Positions 14,659-27,432 of a DNA stretch of 64,000 bases are shown piece by piece (positions within the stretch are counted from its first letter, which is position 1; each line of letters opens with the position of its first letter). Source of the DNA: Eledone cirrhosa (lineage: Eukaryota); the NCBI GenBank assembly GCA_964016885.1, contig OZ024763.1, forward strand, positions 2,418,001 through 2,482,000, read 5' to 3'. A program made the position numbers and the translations under genes. The notes under the pieces were generated by a model. That model did no database searches. It was not told the origin of the DNA and saw only the letters and a list, made by a program, of their open reading frames with translations.

Positions 14659-14990
14659 ACTGGTGGTAGTAGTGGTGGTAGTAGTGGTGGTGGTGGTGGT
14701 AATGGTAGTAGTAGTAGTAGTGGTAATGGTAGTAGTAGTAGTAGTAGTAGTGGTATGGTAGTAGTAGTAGTAGTAGTGGTGGTAATGGTAGTAGTAGTAG
14801 TGGTGGTGGTGGTAGTAGTAGTAGTGGTAATGATAGTAGTAGTAGTGGTAGTAGTAGTAGTGGTAATGGTAGTAGTGGTAGTAGTAGTAGTGGTAGTGGT
14901 AATAGTAGTAGTAGTAGTGGTACTGGTAGTAGTAGTAGTAGTAGTAGTGGTAGTAGTAGTAGTAGTGGTAGTAGTAGTAGTAGTAGTATG
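14275..14990. repeat. (GTA)/(GTG) trinucleotide repeat
   Basis: Direct periodicity. Confidence 0.95.
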
Positions 14991-15010
14991 TTGTTATTAA
15001 TCAAACCATC

Positions 15011-15056
15011 TCTAATAAATCACCTTTTCTTTTCTTTCTTCTCTTTCCAGGTGAGT
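15011..15056 (+). promoter_or_regulatory. Strong 3' splice site directly followed by a 5' splice site (candidate recursive splice site)
   Basis: Branch-like CTAAT at 15012, ~25-nt pure pyrimidine tract, CAG (15048-15050), then GTGAGT. Confidence 0.6.
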
Positions 15057-15649
15057 TCTTGTTTCCTGTTGTTGCTGTTGTTGTTGTAGCTGTTCTTTAA
15101 TCAATTTTAAAGTCTGTTTGTTCCTCCTCCTCCTCCACTTCACACCTGGTGTAGGTGAGAGGAGACACAACAACAGCTGGCAGGGCAGGGCCTGGTCTGG
15201 CTAGCTAGCCCCTGCCTCCCTGTACACTGCCAGGATGATGTGTGAGTGTGTCTCTGCGTCTCAGGTAAAACTGACCTCATACATCAGAACATCATTAAAG
15301 GTATGTCAATAGAATGACAGGTAAAAAAAAATAATTAAAAAAATAATAATAAAAAGATCAAAGAATGAGAAAAATATATAAATAAAAACACAAAAATATA
15401 AACCAAAACAAAAAAAAATCAATGATAAAGATACGGGGAGGGGGGTTCTCCCTATATTTTTTTAATTTCTTTTTCTGTTCTATTTTTTTTTTTTTATTTG
15501 TTTCAGTCATTGGAATGTGGCCATGCTGGGGCATTGTCACTTTTTAATATTTATTTGAATCCTATTGATATGGTACCAGTAATTATTTCTGTCTGCTACC
15601 TAACTTACTATATATATATACATACTCGTGTATAATCTACGCTTTTATA

Positions 15650-15985
15650 ATAACCATATTTACTTGAATATAATCACCCCACCCTATTTTATGCCTGAGA
15701 GATGGGGAAAAATCCAAACCTTATTTATAAGCACCGTGTATATTACTCTTGCATAACCATATATACTTGAATATAATCACCGCTGCCGGATTTTATGTCT
15801 GAGAGATGGGGAAAAATCCAAACCTTATTTATAAGCACCATGTATATTACTCTTGTATAACCATATATACTTGAATATAATCACCACTGCCGGATTTTAT
15901 GTCTGAGAGATGGGGAAAAATCCAAACCTTATTTATAAGCACCATGTATATTACTCTTGTATAATAACCATATATACTTGTTATA
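15650..15985. repeat. ~104-bp tandem repeat (3+ units) resembling Tc2/pogo-type transposon ends
   Basis: ccatat(a/t)tacttgaatataa recurs at 15654 and 15757 and 15861, partially at 15968. Confidence 0.7.
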
Positions 15986-16482
15986 ACATTGCCAGAAATA
16001 ATAACAGAACACACTCACTGTTTGGTTTAGATTGGTTTTCGCTTCCGTAAATGTTATATCTCCGTAGTTAATTTATCTGGCAATCGATGTTTATCATTGT
16101 TTGACCAACAGTTAAAAATATAGATATGAACATATATATATATATTTAGTCTATCAAAGTTCTTTCATCACACACCTGTGACATCATCAGTGGTATTATT
16201 ATGTTTATATATATATATATATACACACAAAACTTATCGAGTCCTTGATGGATTTTGGTCTTTATATATATTATTGCCACTATATATATATATACATATA
16301 TAAACATGGTTTGGTGTTAGGAAGGATGTCCAGCTGTAAAATACCCAGCCAAATTTACAGTCCACGCTGGAGTAAGGTATGACACTTGGACAATCCTGGT
16401 CAAACTTCCCTCCCGGCATGGACAACCCGTCTAACCCATGCAAGCATAGAAAAATTGACGTTAGACTGTGATGATGATGATG

Positions 16483-16562
<80 letters not shown>

Positions 16563-16696
16563 TACACACACATAATATATATGCATACGTACACACACAC
16601 ACACACATACTTAAACATGAATATGGGATCTATATATGCACACACATATATATATAGATACATATGCACACACATATATATATATATATACATATG

Positions 16697-16734
<38 letters not shown>

Positions 16735-16739
16735 CATAT

Positions 16740-16775
<36 letters not shown>

Positions 16776-16799
16776 GCACACACATATATATATATATAT

Positions 16800-16832
<33 letters not shown>

Positions 16833-16842
16833 CATACATATG

Positions 16843-16890
<48 letters not shown>

Positions 16891-17292
16891 CATATGCACA
16901 CACACACACACACATATATATATATACATACGCACAAATATATCTTTATTTCAACAACTTTTTTTTCCTTTTTACCACTTTCTCATATGTCAAAAGCTAT
17001 GGAAGATGAGAAAATTCCTTTTTTTCTCAAATAGCTGCTAGGAATTCTTGTGTGTGTATCATATATTCAGTAGAACTCCAGAAATACTCCAAGACCTGAG
17101 TAAGGGTAGTGTTTTCTAAAGAAGAATCACCAAAACTATTTAGGTTCAGGCGTGAAACTCTTAATAGCCGAAATACCGCCAGGAAAGTACATGAAAAATA
17201 ATCCGGTTCGGAAAAATTTGGATTCCATTTCATGATATTTGTTTCAGTCAATGGACTGTGGCCATGTTAGGGCACAGGCTTCAGGAATTTTT

Positions 17293-17323
<31 letters not shown>

Positions 17324-17384
17324 AATGATTATAGTTATTGATGATTATGATAATATGTATCATGTTTATATATATATATATATA

Positions 17385-17580
17385 TATTTGAAAAAAGGAA
17401 AAGAATGACTTCACTTGTATTTCTAAACAATTTGATTTAATTTTATATTATAATATTATACCAACACATAATATTATAATATTATAAAATAAAATAAAAT
17501 TGTTTAGAACTACAAGTAAAGTCATTCTTTTCCTTTTTTCAAATATACCTAACTGTACCAAGAATTTCACACATTTTCCA
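17385..17580. mobile_element. AT-rich fold-back element in (TA)n (arms within 17385-17545)
   Basis: tttgaaaaaaggaaaagaatgactt ... aagtcattcttttccttttttcaaa. Confidence 0.7.
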
Positions 17581-17747
17581 ATATATATATATATAATAAT
17601 GAAATTATTGTGTAAAGTGCTCAGGTGCACTACAACTTGTCAATATAGTACATAGAATAATACACAAATGTCAGGGAAGTACATGTGTGTATGTGTTAGC
17701 TGTTCTGTTGGCGGATCTCGGGAAGCATGGAGGACTATATATATATA

Positions 17748-18100
17748 TACGATATTAACAAATGGAAACTATATTTATAAAGAATGCAGCCATTACTGTT
17801 GGAAGCTCCCATTACTCTCTCACTATCTGGGAGCTTCCAACAGTAATGGTTGCATTCTTTAAGGGTATGTCAATATTTATTTATAAAACTGCTCTATATT
17901 ATATTTTATCTGATGAAAGCACACCATAATTTAACTTGGTGTCCTTGAAATATGTATAATGAAATAAATATGGTTTTATAAATATAGTTTCCATTTGTTA
18001 ATATCGTATTTTTACTCCAATTATTTGTTGAGTGCTTTATATCAGTTATAAAAATATTTGCTTGTTGTATCCCAACAATTTAAATGGAACTTTTACATAT
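17748..18100 (+). mobile_element. Family A pLTR with 5' hairpin (17778-17861) and hammerhead (CTGATGA 17910, GAAA 17947)
   Basis: Stem II aag c acacca/tggtgt c ctt; stem I tattttat/atgaaata. Confidence 0.82.
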
Positions 18101-18103
18101 ATC

Positions 18104-18174
<71 letters not shown>

Positions 18175-18312
18175 ATGATATTAAATAAATGGAAACTATA
18201 TTTATAAAACCATATTTATTTTATTATATATATTTCAAAGGTACCAAAATTTGGGTACGCTCTCATCAGATAAAATACAAAGTTTGTTTTATAAATGGTG
18301 ACATACCCAGGA
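18175..18312 (-). mobile_element. Family A pLTR fragment with hammerhead (TCATCAG 18263-18269)
   Basis: Minus strand: tattttat-CTGATGA-gag c gtacc..ggtac c ttt-GAAA-tatata..ataaaata. Confidence 0.78.
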
Positions 18313-19234
18313 AACCAGACCGTATACAGAGAGAAAGAGGGAGAGGGAGAGTAGAGTACAGCATTTGGTTTATGTCAGATGTTGTGACCCTGGATGGACC
18401 AGTACTACCCCAGTTGGTAGGGGTCAAAACTGCCCAAGTCTATCTCAACACCCTGGAGTTTTTGTCCTTCATTTGTATATTTTTTCTTTAAATAATTTTT
18501 TAAGGTTTCCTCTTAAAAAATTGTTTGTCATTTTGTTTTGTTTCCGTTTGTTGTCTTATCATTTCTTTGTTAATTTCCTTAAGTTTATATATATGTGTGT
18601 GTGTGTGTGAGTGTGTGTGTGTGTGAGTGTATGTGTGAATGCGTGTGTGTGAGTGTATAATATAATATAATGAAATTATTGTGTAAAGTGCTCAGGTGCA
18701 CTACAACTCGTCAATATAGTACATAGAATAATACACAAATGTCAGGGAAGTACATGTGTGGATGTGTGTGTGTGTGAGTATGTGTGTATGTGTATGTGTG
18801 TGTGAGTGTGTGTATGTGTGAGTGTGTGTATATGTGTGTGTGTGTATGTGTGAGTGTGTGTGTGTGTATATATGAGTGTGTTGATGATGATGATATATAT
18901 ATATAGAGAGAGAGAGATCAGGATTTTACCAGTTTTAAACTAGTAAGACCATTGTTCAGCAGAGTACTCAATACGTGAAATAGTAGAGTGTAACTATAGT
19001 AGAGAGTTAGGACCCGACAGCTGAGCTCTTGCTGTTTCGACAGCAAATTCAGTCGAGGGGGGGGGGGGGCTTACTCTCTACAATATGTGTGCCTGCGTGT
19101 GTGTGTGTGTGTATGTGTGTCTGTGTGTGTAAGTGTATATCTATATATGTGTTTGTGTGTGTCTCATTTGTCATTAAAGATTACAAACCAGAAAACTGTT
19201 CTCATTAGTCATTAATCGAGTCATTAAATCTTTA

Positions 19235-19286
19235 CCTCTCTCTCACTCTCTCTCTCTCTCTCCCTCTCTCTCTCTCTCTCCCTCTC

Positions 19287-19366
<80 letters not shown>

Positions 19367-19680
19367 CTCTCTCCCTCTCTCACTCTCTCTCTCTCTCTCC
19401 CTCTCTCACTCTCTCTCTCTCTCCCTCTCTCACTCTCTCTCATTCTCTCACTCTCACTCTCTCACTCTCTCACTCTCTCTCATTCTCTCTCTCATTCTCT
19501 CTCTCATTCTCACTCTCTCTCTCACACTCTCTCTCTCACTCTCTCTCTCACTCTCACTCTCTCTCTCACTCTCACTCTCTCTCTCTCACTCTCACTCTCT
19601 CTCTCTCTCACTCTCTCTCTCACTCTCTCTCTCTCTCCCTCTCTCTCTCTCACTCTCTCTCTCACTCTCCCTCTCTCCAT
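19235..19680. repeat. (CT)n microsatellite
   Basis: Direct periodicity. Confidence 0.95.
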
Positions 19681-20337
19681 TTATCAGATCAATACCAATC
19701 CTTCCTGCTGTTTCAATTTCCTTACTTTCCCCCCACCCCACTCACCCTACCCCACAAGACAGGTGAGGTGTATTTGCCCTGGGGTACATTAATCAGACCC
19801 TGCACCCACCCATCCATGTCCCTTACACCCCCATAACAGGATTAAACAATATATGCCACCCTGTCACCTCCACACTCACCCCCTCATCCCCACCTCTCCC
19901 CTCCACTTACACCCTCCCTCTGTCTCTCTCTCACTCATTTTGTTTTTCACCCTCTATCTCTCACTCTCCCCCTCTCTGTCATTCTATCTCTCTCCCTGTC
20001 ACTATCTCTCTCCCTCTCTCTGTCACTCTATCTCCCGCTCTGTCACTATCTCTTTCTCTCTAGCCCTCCCACCCACCCCTCACCATATTACACCAAGCTA
20101 ATCCAATTATCTCATCTCCTCCCCCCCTCCTCTTGGTAATCTTTAGTCTCCATCTTCTCCTCTCCAACACACACACACTCACATTCACACACACACACTC
20201 ACATTCACACACACAAACCACACACACATTTACACACACACTTACTCACTCAAAGATTCTCTGATACGTACACATGCTCACACACATATTTCTCTCACTC
20301 GCACATAAACTTGCAAATGCACACACACAAAACATGC

Positions 20338-20397
<60 letters not shown>

Positions 20398-20448
20398 GAA
20401 TATGAATATATAGATATGTATATGTGTGTGTGTAAATGTATGTATGTC

Positions 20449-20492
<44 letters not shown>

Positions 20493-20909
20493 TATTCTTT
20501 CATCCTTACGGGGTCGATAAAATAAAGTACCAGTAATGCACTGGGTAATTGCTGGCCTTGTACCTAACGTATAAACAATTATTATTATTGTCGTTATTGT
20601 TGTTATTACATTGTTTTTTTCTCTCGTGCAATAGCCATATTCGATAACGAGAGGGCAGCCATCATATATTTATATAAATATATATTCATTGAACCTTATA
20701 GGGTGTTATGTTCTTTCCATATACTTTTCACACACACACACTATATATATATGTATCACTTTAGTTTGTCTTTTATTTCTCATTCTATCTTTTGATGAAG
20801 GACCTGTGTCCAAAACGTTAAGACTCTTCTCTTATTATTTCAAGTGTTAAACTAATATATTTCTTCATTCTACTGTGATATCTGCTTTGTTATTTCTGTT
20901 TACATTATG

Positions 20910-20956
<47 letters not shown>

Positions 20957-21073
20957 TTTAGAATGTGAACTTTCTAATTAAATAGCTCTGTTCTATACTA
21001 CATAGAGCACTCTTTTTTCCTTTGCTTTTCCTTCGGAATTACCTAACATATATATATATATATATATATATAC

Positions 21074-21265
21074 ATACAATATGTTGTAAAGGTAACACAC
21101 TAGAGAGAGATACAGTGCGCTATCAATAAAACAGGGCACTGTATCTCTCTCTAGTGTGTTACCGTTTCAACATATTGTATTTTAAAGAGCTCAGGATTCC
21201 CTCTCCTTTGAGCACATTATTTACAGGGAATGACGAGAGTCTATGGCTCCGTTAATGTATCATGA
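21074..21265. mobile_element. Fold-back element in (TA)n (arms ~21074-21118 and ~21135-21180)
   Basis: ggtaacacactagagagagatacagtgc/gcactgtatctctctctagtgtgttacc. Confidence 0.7.
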
Positions 21266-21282
21266 TATATATATATATATAT

Positions 21283-21625
21283 GGAGGCACGTGGCTTAGT
21301 GGTTAGAGCATTGGCCTTGCAATCGAAAGGTTGTGAGTTCAATTCTCAGACCGAGTGATGTTTCCTTGAGCAAGACACTTTATTTCACATTGCTCCAGTT
21401 TACTCAGCTGTAGAAATGAGATGATAGGGCCTGGGGTCCATATCATTCCACTGTAAAGTGGTCGTGGAGGTGCCACGGCAAAAAAGCACCCAGCACTCAC
21501 TGTAAATGAGGTTGGTGTTAGGAAGGGCATCCAGCTGTAGAAATCAAGCCAGAATCAGTTCCCGTCCCACCCTTGCAAGCAGGGAAAAGTGGACGTGAAA
21601 TGAAATGATGATGATGATATGATGA
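21283..21625 (+). mobile_element. Full-length tRNA-derived CORE-like SINE with LINE-type tail ending in (GAT)n
   Basis: tggcttagtgg (A box), gagttcaattc (B box), ccttgagcaagacactt core, ggaagggcatccagctgtagaaa tail. Confidence 0.88.
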
Positions 21626-21652
21626 TATATATAAATATTTATTATAAGACCA

Positions 21653-21875
21653 GATCAAATTTTAAGCAAAGAATCGATGCTTTCACCCATTACAAGATCT
21701 TCTGATGCACAAGATCCGGTAAGGGGTGAAAGCAGCGATACTTTGCTTAACATTTGATATATATTTATAATAAATATGTTCGATATGGGTTTTTATAAAT
21801 ATATATACTTTTATATATATATCATCCTTATCAAGCCCTCTTCCAGATGTTAGTCTTCATATTAATTATTACTAT
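21653..21875. mobile_element. Family E fold-back element (arms within 21653-21760)
   Basis: ttaagcaaagaatcgatgctttcaccc/ggggtgaaagcagcgatactttgcttaa; tail shared with 16235-16280 and 61705-61752. Confidence 0.65.
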
Positions 21876-21939
21876 ATATATATATATATATATACAATAT
21901 ATTAATAAATGGAAACTATATTTATAAAAGCATATTTAT

Positions 21940-22003
21940 TTTATTATACATATTTCAAGGGCAACCAAGGCAAATTATGGTGCGCTTTCATCAGATAAAA
22001 TAC
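21940..22003 (-). ncRNA. Hammerhead ribozyme, family A (sense with the PLE ORF)
   Basis: TCATCAG at 21988-21994; reverse complement of 23704-23770. Confidence 0.8.
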
Positions 22004-23450
22004 AGATTTGTTTTATAAATAAATATTGACATATCCGGAAAAAAGACAACCTTAACGGTTGGAGCTTCCTGGATAGTGGAGATAATATTTTATTGAGGGT
22101 AATACAAAGTTATGAGTAAGTATGCAAATGAGTGTTCGAAAAGTTGAAAAGATAACGGTTTGTTTAAATTAAACTGTTGGAAGAGGAGGATATGTAAGGG
22201 AGAGAGAGAAAAAAAGAAAAAAGAAAAGGAAGGAGAAAGAGAGAAGAGAAAAGAAAGAACGATTATACATAGTGATATTGAAGAAAGTCAGAATGAATGA
22301 AGAAATAAGTTTTAATGGAAAAATATACATAGCGTGAAAGAATAATATTTAGAATATAGGGTTCATTACGTTGTGATTATAATATTTATAATGATAGGTT
22401 GAAAAATTATATTAAAATTAAAAATTAGAAATCAAAATTAAAGATTAAAGATTAAAATTTGCCTTAATATTAAAGATTTAATTTAATAATTTAATATTAA
22501 TATTAAAAATAAAAAATAAAAAAATAAAAATTAAAACAGAAGTATTTATATTATATTAAGATGTATTAGTAATAATATATTGGTTTAGATGTGTATGTTA
22601 CGGATTATAAATTATTTAAATAAATATATAGTATTTTACATTAGAGAAAATCTAGTATAGTTTATTTTATTAAAGTAAGATTGGCAAAATTATATTTATT
22701 AATAGTTGTAAGTTAAAATTTAAACATCCAAATAATTCTAAATTTATGAAAATTTACGAGAGTTTACAAAGGAATAACTACTTATTAAAACTATATTATA
22801 AAAACAGTAAGGAAGTATGAAGGAAGTTAGAAGTGATTTTTTAAGATCTCAAATGATTCCAAGGATTAAATGTTATAAAGTTAAAAATGTTATCTTAAGA
22901 ATATAATTAAAACATAAAACATATGTTATTTTATAAAAAGTCATAAATTTATCTTAAGAATATCATTAAAACATAAACCATAGGTTATTTTATAAGAAGT
23001 CATACTTGCTATAAAGTTTTAAAAATTCATCTTAATATAGTTAAAACAAACCATAGGTTATTCCACATATATATAAAAAAAACTATATATAAAAATCATA
23101 TGTTATCCCACATATATATAAATATTTGGATACATATATTAAAAATGTTTGAAGATATAAAAATATTGGAAGATATGAAAATAATGTTTTTTTCATATCT
23201 TTCAAAGGAACTTTCAAATAATTTTCTAAAACCTTCCGAAAGTTTTTCAAGGAAAATTTTCCTTAAAAGAATTTCAAGTAGTCATATAAAAAAGGTTATA
23301 ATCTATTGATAAGTGTAATAATATATTTATGAGGTAGAGATAATAGAAAGTAAATTAAATATATATGAATCATATAAAGATATAATCTGAAGGATGATGT
23401 TGTAGGTGGTTGGATATAGAAAACATTATGTAAAGGAGATTAACCATATA

Positions 23451-23660
23451 TTACATTTTATATATATATTTAAAAGTTGAGTTTAAACGATGTTTACAAG
23501 AACTAAATAAATTATTTCGCAAATTAATAGAGTTCTTACTTTTTAGTATAAAGAATATTTCTTCAACGCAAAGGGAGCAATTTTTGGATAGAGCCGTGTA
23601 TGAAGGAGCTTTGGAGATAATTTCCCAAAATAAAGAATAGTTAATATTCTTGGATTTTAA
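23451..23660 (-). pseudogene. PLE GIY-YIG endonuclease C-terminal fragment (69 aa + stop)
   Basis: Hand translation LKSKNINYSLFWEIISKAPSYTALSKNCSLCVEEIFFILKSKNSINLRNNLFSSCKHRLNSTFKYIYKM*; W-x-I..Y..CxLC..E..N-x-R..C-x-H pattern as recalled for PLE endonuclease tails. Confidence 0.75.
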
Positions 23661-23703
23661 GTTTTTTTTCCGGGTATGTAATATTTATTTATAAAACAAA
23701 TCT

Positions 23704-23770
23704 GTATTTTATCTGATGAAAGCGCACCATAATTTGCCTTGGTTGCCCTTGAAATATATATAATAAAATA
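23704..23770 (+). ncRNA. Hammerhead ribozyme, family A
   Basis: tattttat-CTGATGA(23713)-aag c gca cca..tgg t tgc c ctt-GAAA(23751)-tatata-TA-ataaaata; 8-bp stem I. Confidence 0.82.
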
Positions 23771-23899
23771 AATATGGTTTTATAAATATAGTTTCCATTT
23801 ATTAATATATTGTGTATTTACTCCACTAATCTGTTGAGTGCTTTATATCAGTTATAAAAATGTTTAAGCTTGTTGAATCCCAACAAATGAAATATAACC

Positions 23900-23968
<69 letters not shown>

Positions 23969-23976
23969 ATATATAT

Positions 23977-24245
23977 ATACAAATAGTGAAAACAATGAAA
24001 TTAAACAAAAAACGGTTAATTCATAGTAAAACTCAAAATAATGAGTTTTACTATGAACTAACCGTTTTTTTTTTGTTTAATTTCATTGTTTTCACTATTT
24101 GTATTTTTGACTCTGTATCCAATGAATTATATCGTTGAAAATTTTGTATTTTAAACTTTGCTTCACGACATCTTCTACATACGGATTACATTGAGTTCTT
24201 TATACGGCTTAGACCCTACCATTGATTGGTGGATTTATCTGTGTA
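23977..24245. mobile_element. Fold-back element (palindrome 23977-24103) with 3' tail; fragment also at ~33612-33665
   Basis: tacaaatagtgaaaacaatgaaattaaac/gtttaatttcattgttttcactatttgta. Confidence 0.7.
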
Positions 24246-24257
24246 TATATATATAAG

Positions 24258-24449
24258 TTTATCTCGGGTTCAATCAGGGGTAACCACAGTAAGTAAGGTA
24301 CTCAATACATAGCAGAGTATAAATATTTAATATAGAAAAGGCTTCTACAGGACTAGAACTGTTTCATTCGGGTGAAGTCATCAGGGCCTTCCTGATGATT
24401 TCTTCCGAAGGAAACAGTTCTAGTCCTGTAGAAGCCTTTTCTATATTAT
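24258..24449. mobile_element. Family B fold-back element with head-to-head hammerheads (TCATCAG 24378, CTGATGA 24392)
   Basis: cttc-CTGATGA-t ttc ttcc gaa g-GAAA-cag ttctagtc ctg-TA-gaag. Confidence 0.8.
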
Positions 24450-24469
24450 ATATATATGCGCATATGTAT

Positions 24470-24505
<36 letters not shown>

Positions 24506-24512
24506 GCATACG

Positions 24513-24547
<35 letters not shown>

Positions 24548-24659
24548 GCACACACATACAACCACAGACACTCTCAAGTGTCTCATAGTATCTAGTTTAT
24601 TGTTAGTGTTTCTAACCATTGAATGCAAGAAATTACAATTGGAATAAAAAAACAACCAA

Positions 24660-25075
24660 AACATCATCATCATCATCAGTAGTAGTGGCAGCAGCAGCAG
24701 TAGTAGTAGCATCAGCAGCAGTAGTAGTAGCAGCAGCAGTAGTAGTGGCAGCAGCAATAGTAGTAGTGGCAGCAGCAGCAGTAGTGGTAGCAGTAGTAGT
24801 AGTGGCAGCAGCAGCAGTAGTAGTGGCAGTAGTAGTAGTGGCAGCAGCAGCAGTAGTAGTGGCAGCAGTAGCAGTAGTAGTAGCAGCAGCAGTAGTAGTG
24901 GCAGCAGCAGTAGTAGTAGTAGCAGCAGCAGTAGTAGTGGCAGCAGCAGTAGTAGTAGTGGCAGCAGCAGCAGTAGTGGTAGCAGTAGTAGTAGTGGCAG
25001 CAGCAGCAGTAGTAGTGGCAGCAGCAGCAGTAGTAGTAGCAGCAGCAGTAGTAGTGGCAGTAGTAGTAGCAGTGG
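24660..25075. repeat. (GCA)/(GTA) trinucleotide repeat
   Basis: Direct periodicity. Confidence 0.93.
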
Positions 25076-26750
25076 GTTGGAGTTTTTTCAGTCTCTGATT
25101 TGATTTCTGGGTTTTATTGTGATGGCCAGTATGTTAGTGGTGGGGTGGTGGGGTAATGGTTATTGTTGGTGGTATAGGTGGTAGTTGTAGTGGTGGTAGT
25201 TGTGAGTATGGTGGTGGTGGTGGTAGTAGTTGTGAGTATGGTGGTGGTGGTGGTGGTGGTGGTGATAGTTGTGAGTATGGAGGTAGTGGGGGTATTTGTG
25301 GTGGTGTGGGAGGAAAATTTGAAAAAACTGGACCAAAGAATGGGCAATGGTAGCATCCCCACCTTCATTGTTAGCCCCACCACTGCCACTACCACCACCA
25401 TCACCACCACCACCACCACCACCACCACCACACCATCACCACCACCACCACCACCACCACCACACCATCACCACCACCACCACCACCACCACTACACCAT
25501 CACCACCACCACCACCACCACCACCACACCACCACCACCACCACCACCACCACCACCACACCACCACCACTACCACCACCACCACCACTACACCATCACC
25601 ACCACCACCACCACCACACCACCACCACTACCACCACCACACCATCACCACCACCACACCACCATCACTACACCACCACCTCCACCACCATCAACAACAG
25701 TAGTAACAGTAGTTCTATATATAAAATGTAAGTCAATGTTTTATTGGTCAGAAATTTTTTTTTGTGTTTTGTTGTTGTTGTTACTTTATTGTATTTCTCA
25801 GTCTTCCATCATTTTCCAGCCCATTGCCATTGTTGTCTCTCTCTCTCCTTCTCTCTCTCTCTCCCTCTCTCCCTCCCCCCTCTTCCTCTCCCTCCCTCTA
25901 TCCCTCTCTTCCTCTCCCTCCCTTCCTCTCCCTCCCTCTCCCTCTCTTCCTCTCCCTCCCTCTCCTCCTCTCTTCCTCTCCCTCCCTCTCCCTCTCCCTC
26001 TATTCCTCTCCCTTCCCCCCTCTCTCTCACCCTTCCCCCTCTCTCTCCCTATCCCTCTCTCTCTCTCTCCCTTCCCCCTCTCTCATCCCCTTCCCCCTCT
26101 CTCACCCCCTTCCCCCTCTCTCCCTTCCCCCTCTCTCTCTCCCTTCCCCCTCTCTCTCTCATTAACTATCTGGCTCTCTCTCTAGCTAGTTATCTCTTTT
26201 CCTCTCTCTCACTTACTCTCTCTCTCTAGCTATCTTTCTATCTCCCTTTCTCTCCTCACTCCCTACATTTCTACTATTATAACACTACTACTACTACTAC
26301 TCCTCCCATTGTCAGCAACATAAGCCCTGATCACCATCCCCATCCCCACTATGGCCAGTACCACCCACCATCACAACTATTCCCCAACTACCACCACCAT
26401 CGCCATCATCCCCACCACCACCACTACCACCACCATTATATTCTCTCTCCCAACCTCTCCTCTACTACTAACAATGTGTCAGTGATCCTTTATCTATTAG
26501 CCCCCTCTACTACCATTAATCTAAACCCTGACCCCCACCCACCCACCCTCATATGTGGGGCAAGGAAGGAGTCTGCCCCTAGCATACAACTCCCATCACC
26601 ACCACCACAAGGAACATATGGATTTGAAAGTCATCAAGGAAACCTCAAGGCAGTTTTTTCCCCTTTAACTGACCTGCTAGAATTAGTAGCTAATTCTCCC
26701 TCAAATCATAGCCACACCACACTACCCCCATCATCCACATACCATTTTAA

Positions 26751-26961
26751 CCCTTTAGTTACCAACCTGGCCAAAACCAGCTCTGGTTCTATGAAATAAA
26801 ATCAACTATTTTAAAGGTTTCCAATTTAAATTTTAATCTTCCAACATAATTTTATATAAGAACCTTACATTAAGTTACTGTCTTAGTAAAGAAATAATTA
26901 ATAATTATAGTAAATCCTTTAAAATCGAGTGTATTTCGGTAGAAATGCAGTCTTGAAAGGG
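26751..26961. mobile_element. piggyBac-type MITE
   Basis: TTAA-CCCTTT ... AAAGGG-TTAA. Confidence 0.8.
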
Positions 26962-27011
26962 TTAACCGTGTCATTACTATATTTCTAATGAAAGGCACTG
27001 CCTATGTTTAA

Positions 27012-27432
27012 CCCTTTAGTTACCAACCCAGCCAAAACTCTCTCTGGTTCTAGGAAATAATTGTTTCTACTTTAGGCACAAGGCCAGCAATTAACCAGTG
27101 GATTACTGGTACTTTATTTTATCGACCCCGTAAGGATGAAAGGTAAAGTCAACCTCGGCGGGATTTGAACTCAGATGGTAAAGGGACGTAACTATGCTGG
27201 AAAGCATGGCATCCGACCCTCTACCAATACTGCCAATCAGGAAATAATACCACCTATTTTAAAGGTTTCCAGTTTAAATTAAAATCATCCAACATAATTT
27301 TATGTAAGAACCTTATATTAAGTTACTATCTTAGTAATGAAATAATTAAAAAATTTTTCATAAATCCTTTGAAATTCTTCATTACTTAATTGAAATAGAG
27401 TGTATTTCATTAGAAATATGGTTGTGAAGGGG
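27012..27432. mobile_element. Second piggyBac MITE copy interrupted by a SINE
   Basis: TTAA-CCCTTT ... AAGGGG-TTAA; homologous to 26751-26961. Confidence 0.78.
27062..27238 (-). mobile_element. Meta-like SINE with target-site duplication aggaaataat
   Basis: 10-bp direct repeat at 27052-27061 and 27239-27248. Confidence 0.85.

Larger units (their letters stand above)
21890..23905 (-). mobile_element. 5'-truncated Penelope-like retroelement: endonuclease C-terminus, ~1.4-kb AT-rich 3' region, inverted hammerhead pLTRs
   Basis: Inverted repeats ~21895-22040 and ~23668-23812, both with hammerheads; coding remnant 23451-23660; (TA)n on both flanks. Confidence 0.82.

Noticed and set aside
21283-21360. 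tRNA gene
   Set aside because: A/B boxes belong to a multi-copy SINE head followed by core and tail; no complete cloverleaf seen.
22080-23450. Mitochondrial insertion (very AT-rich)
   Set aside because: No mitochondrial gene motif seen; better explained as the PLE 3' region.
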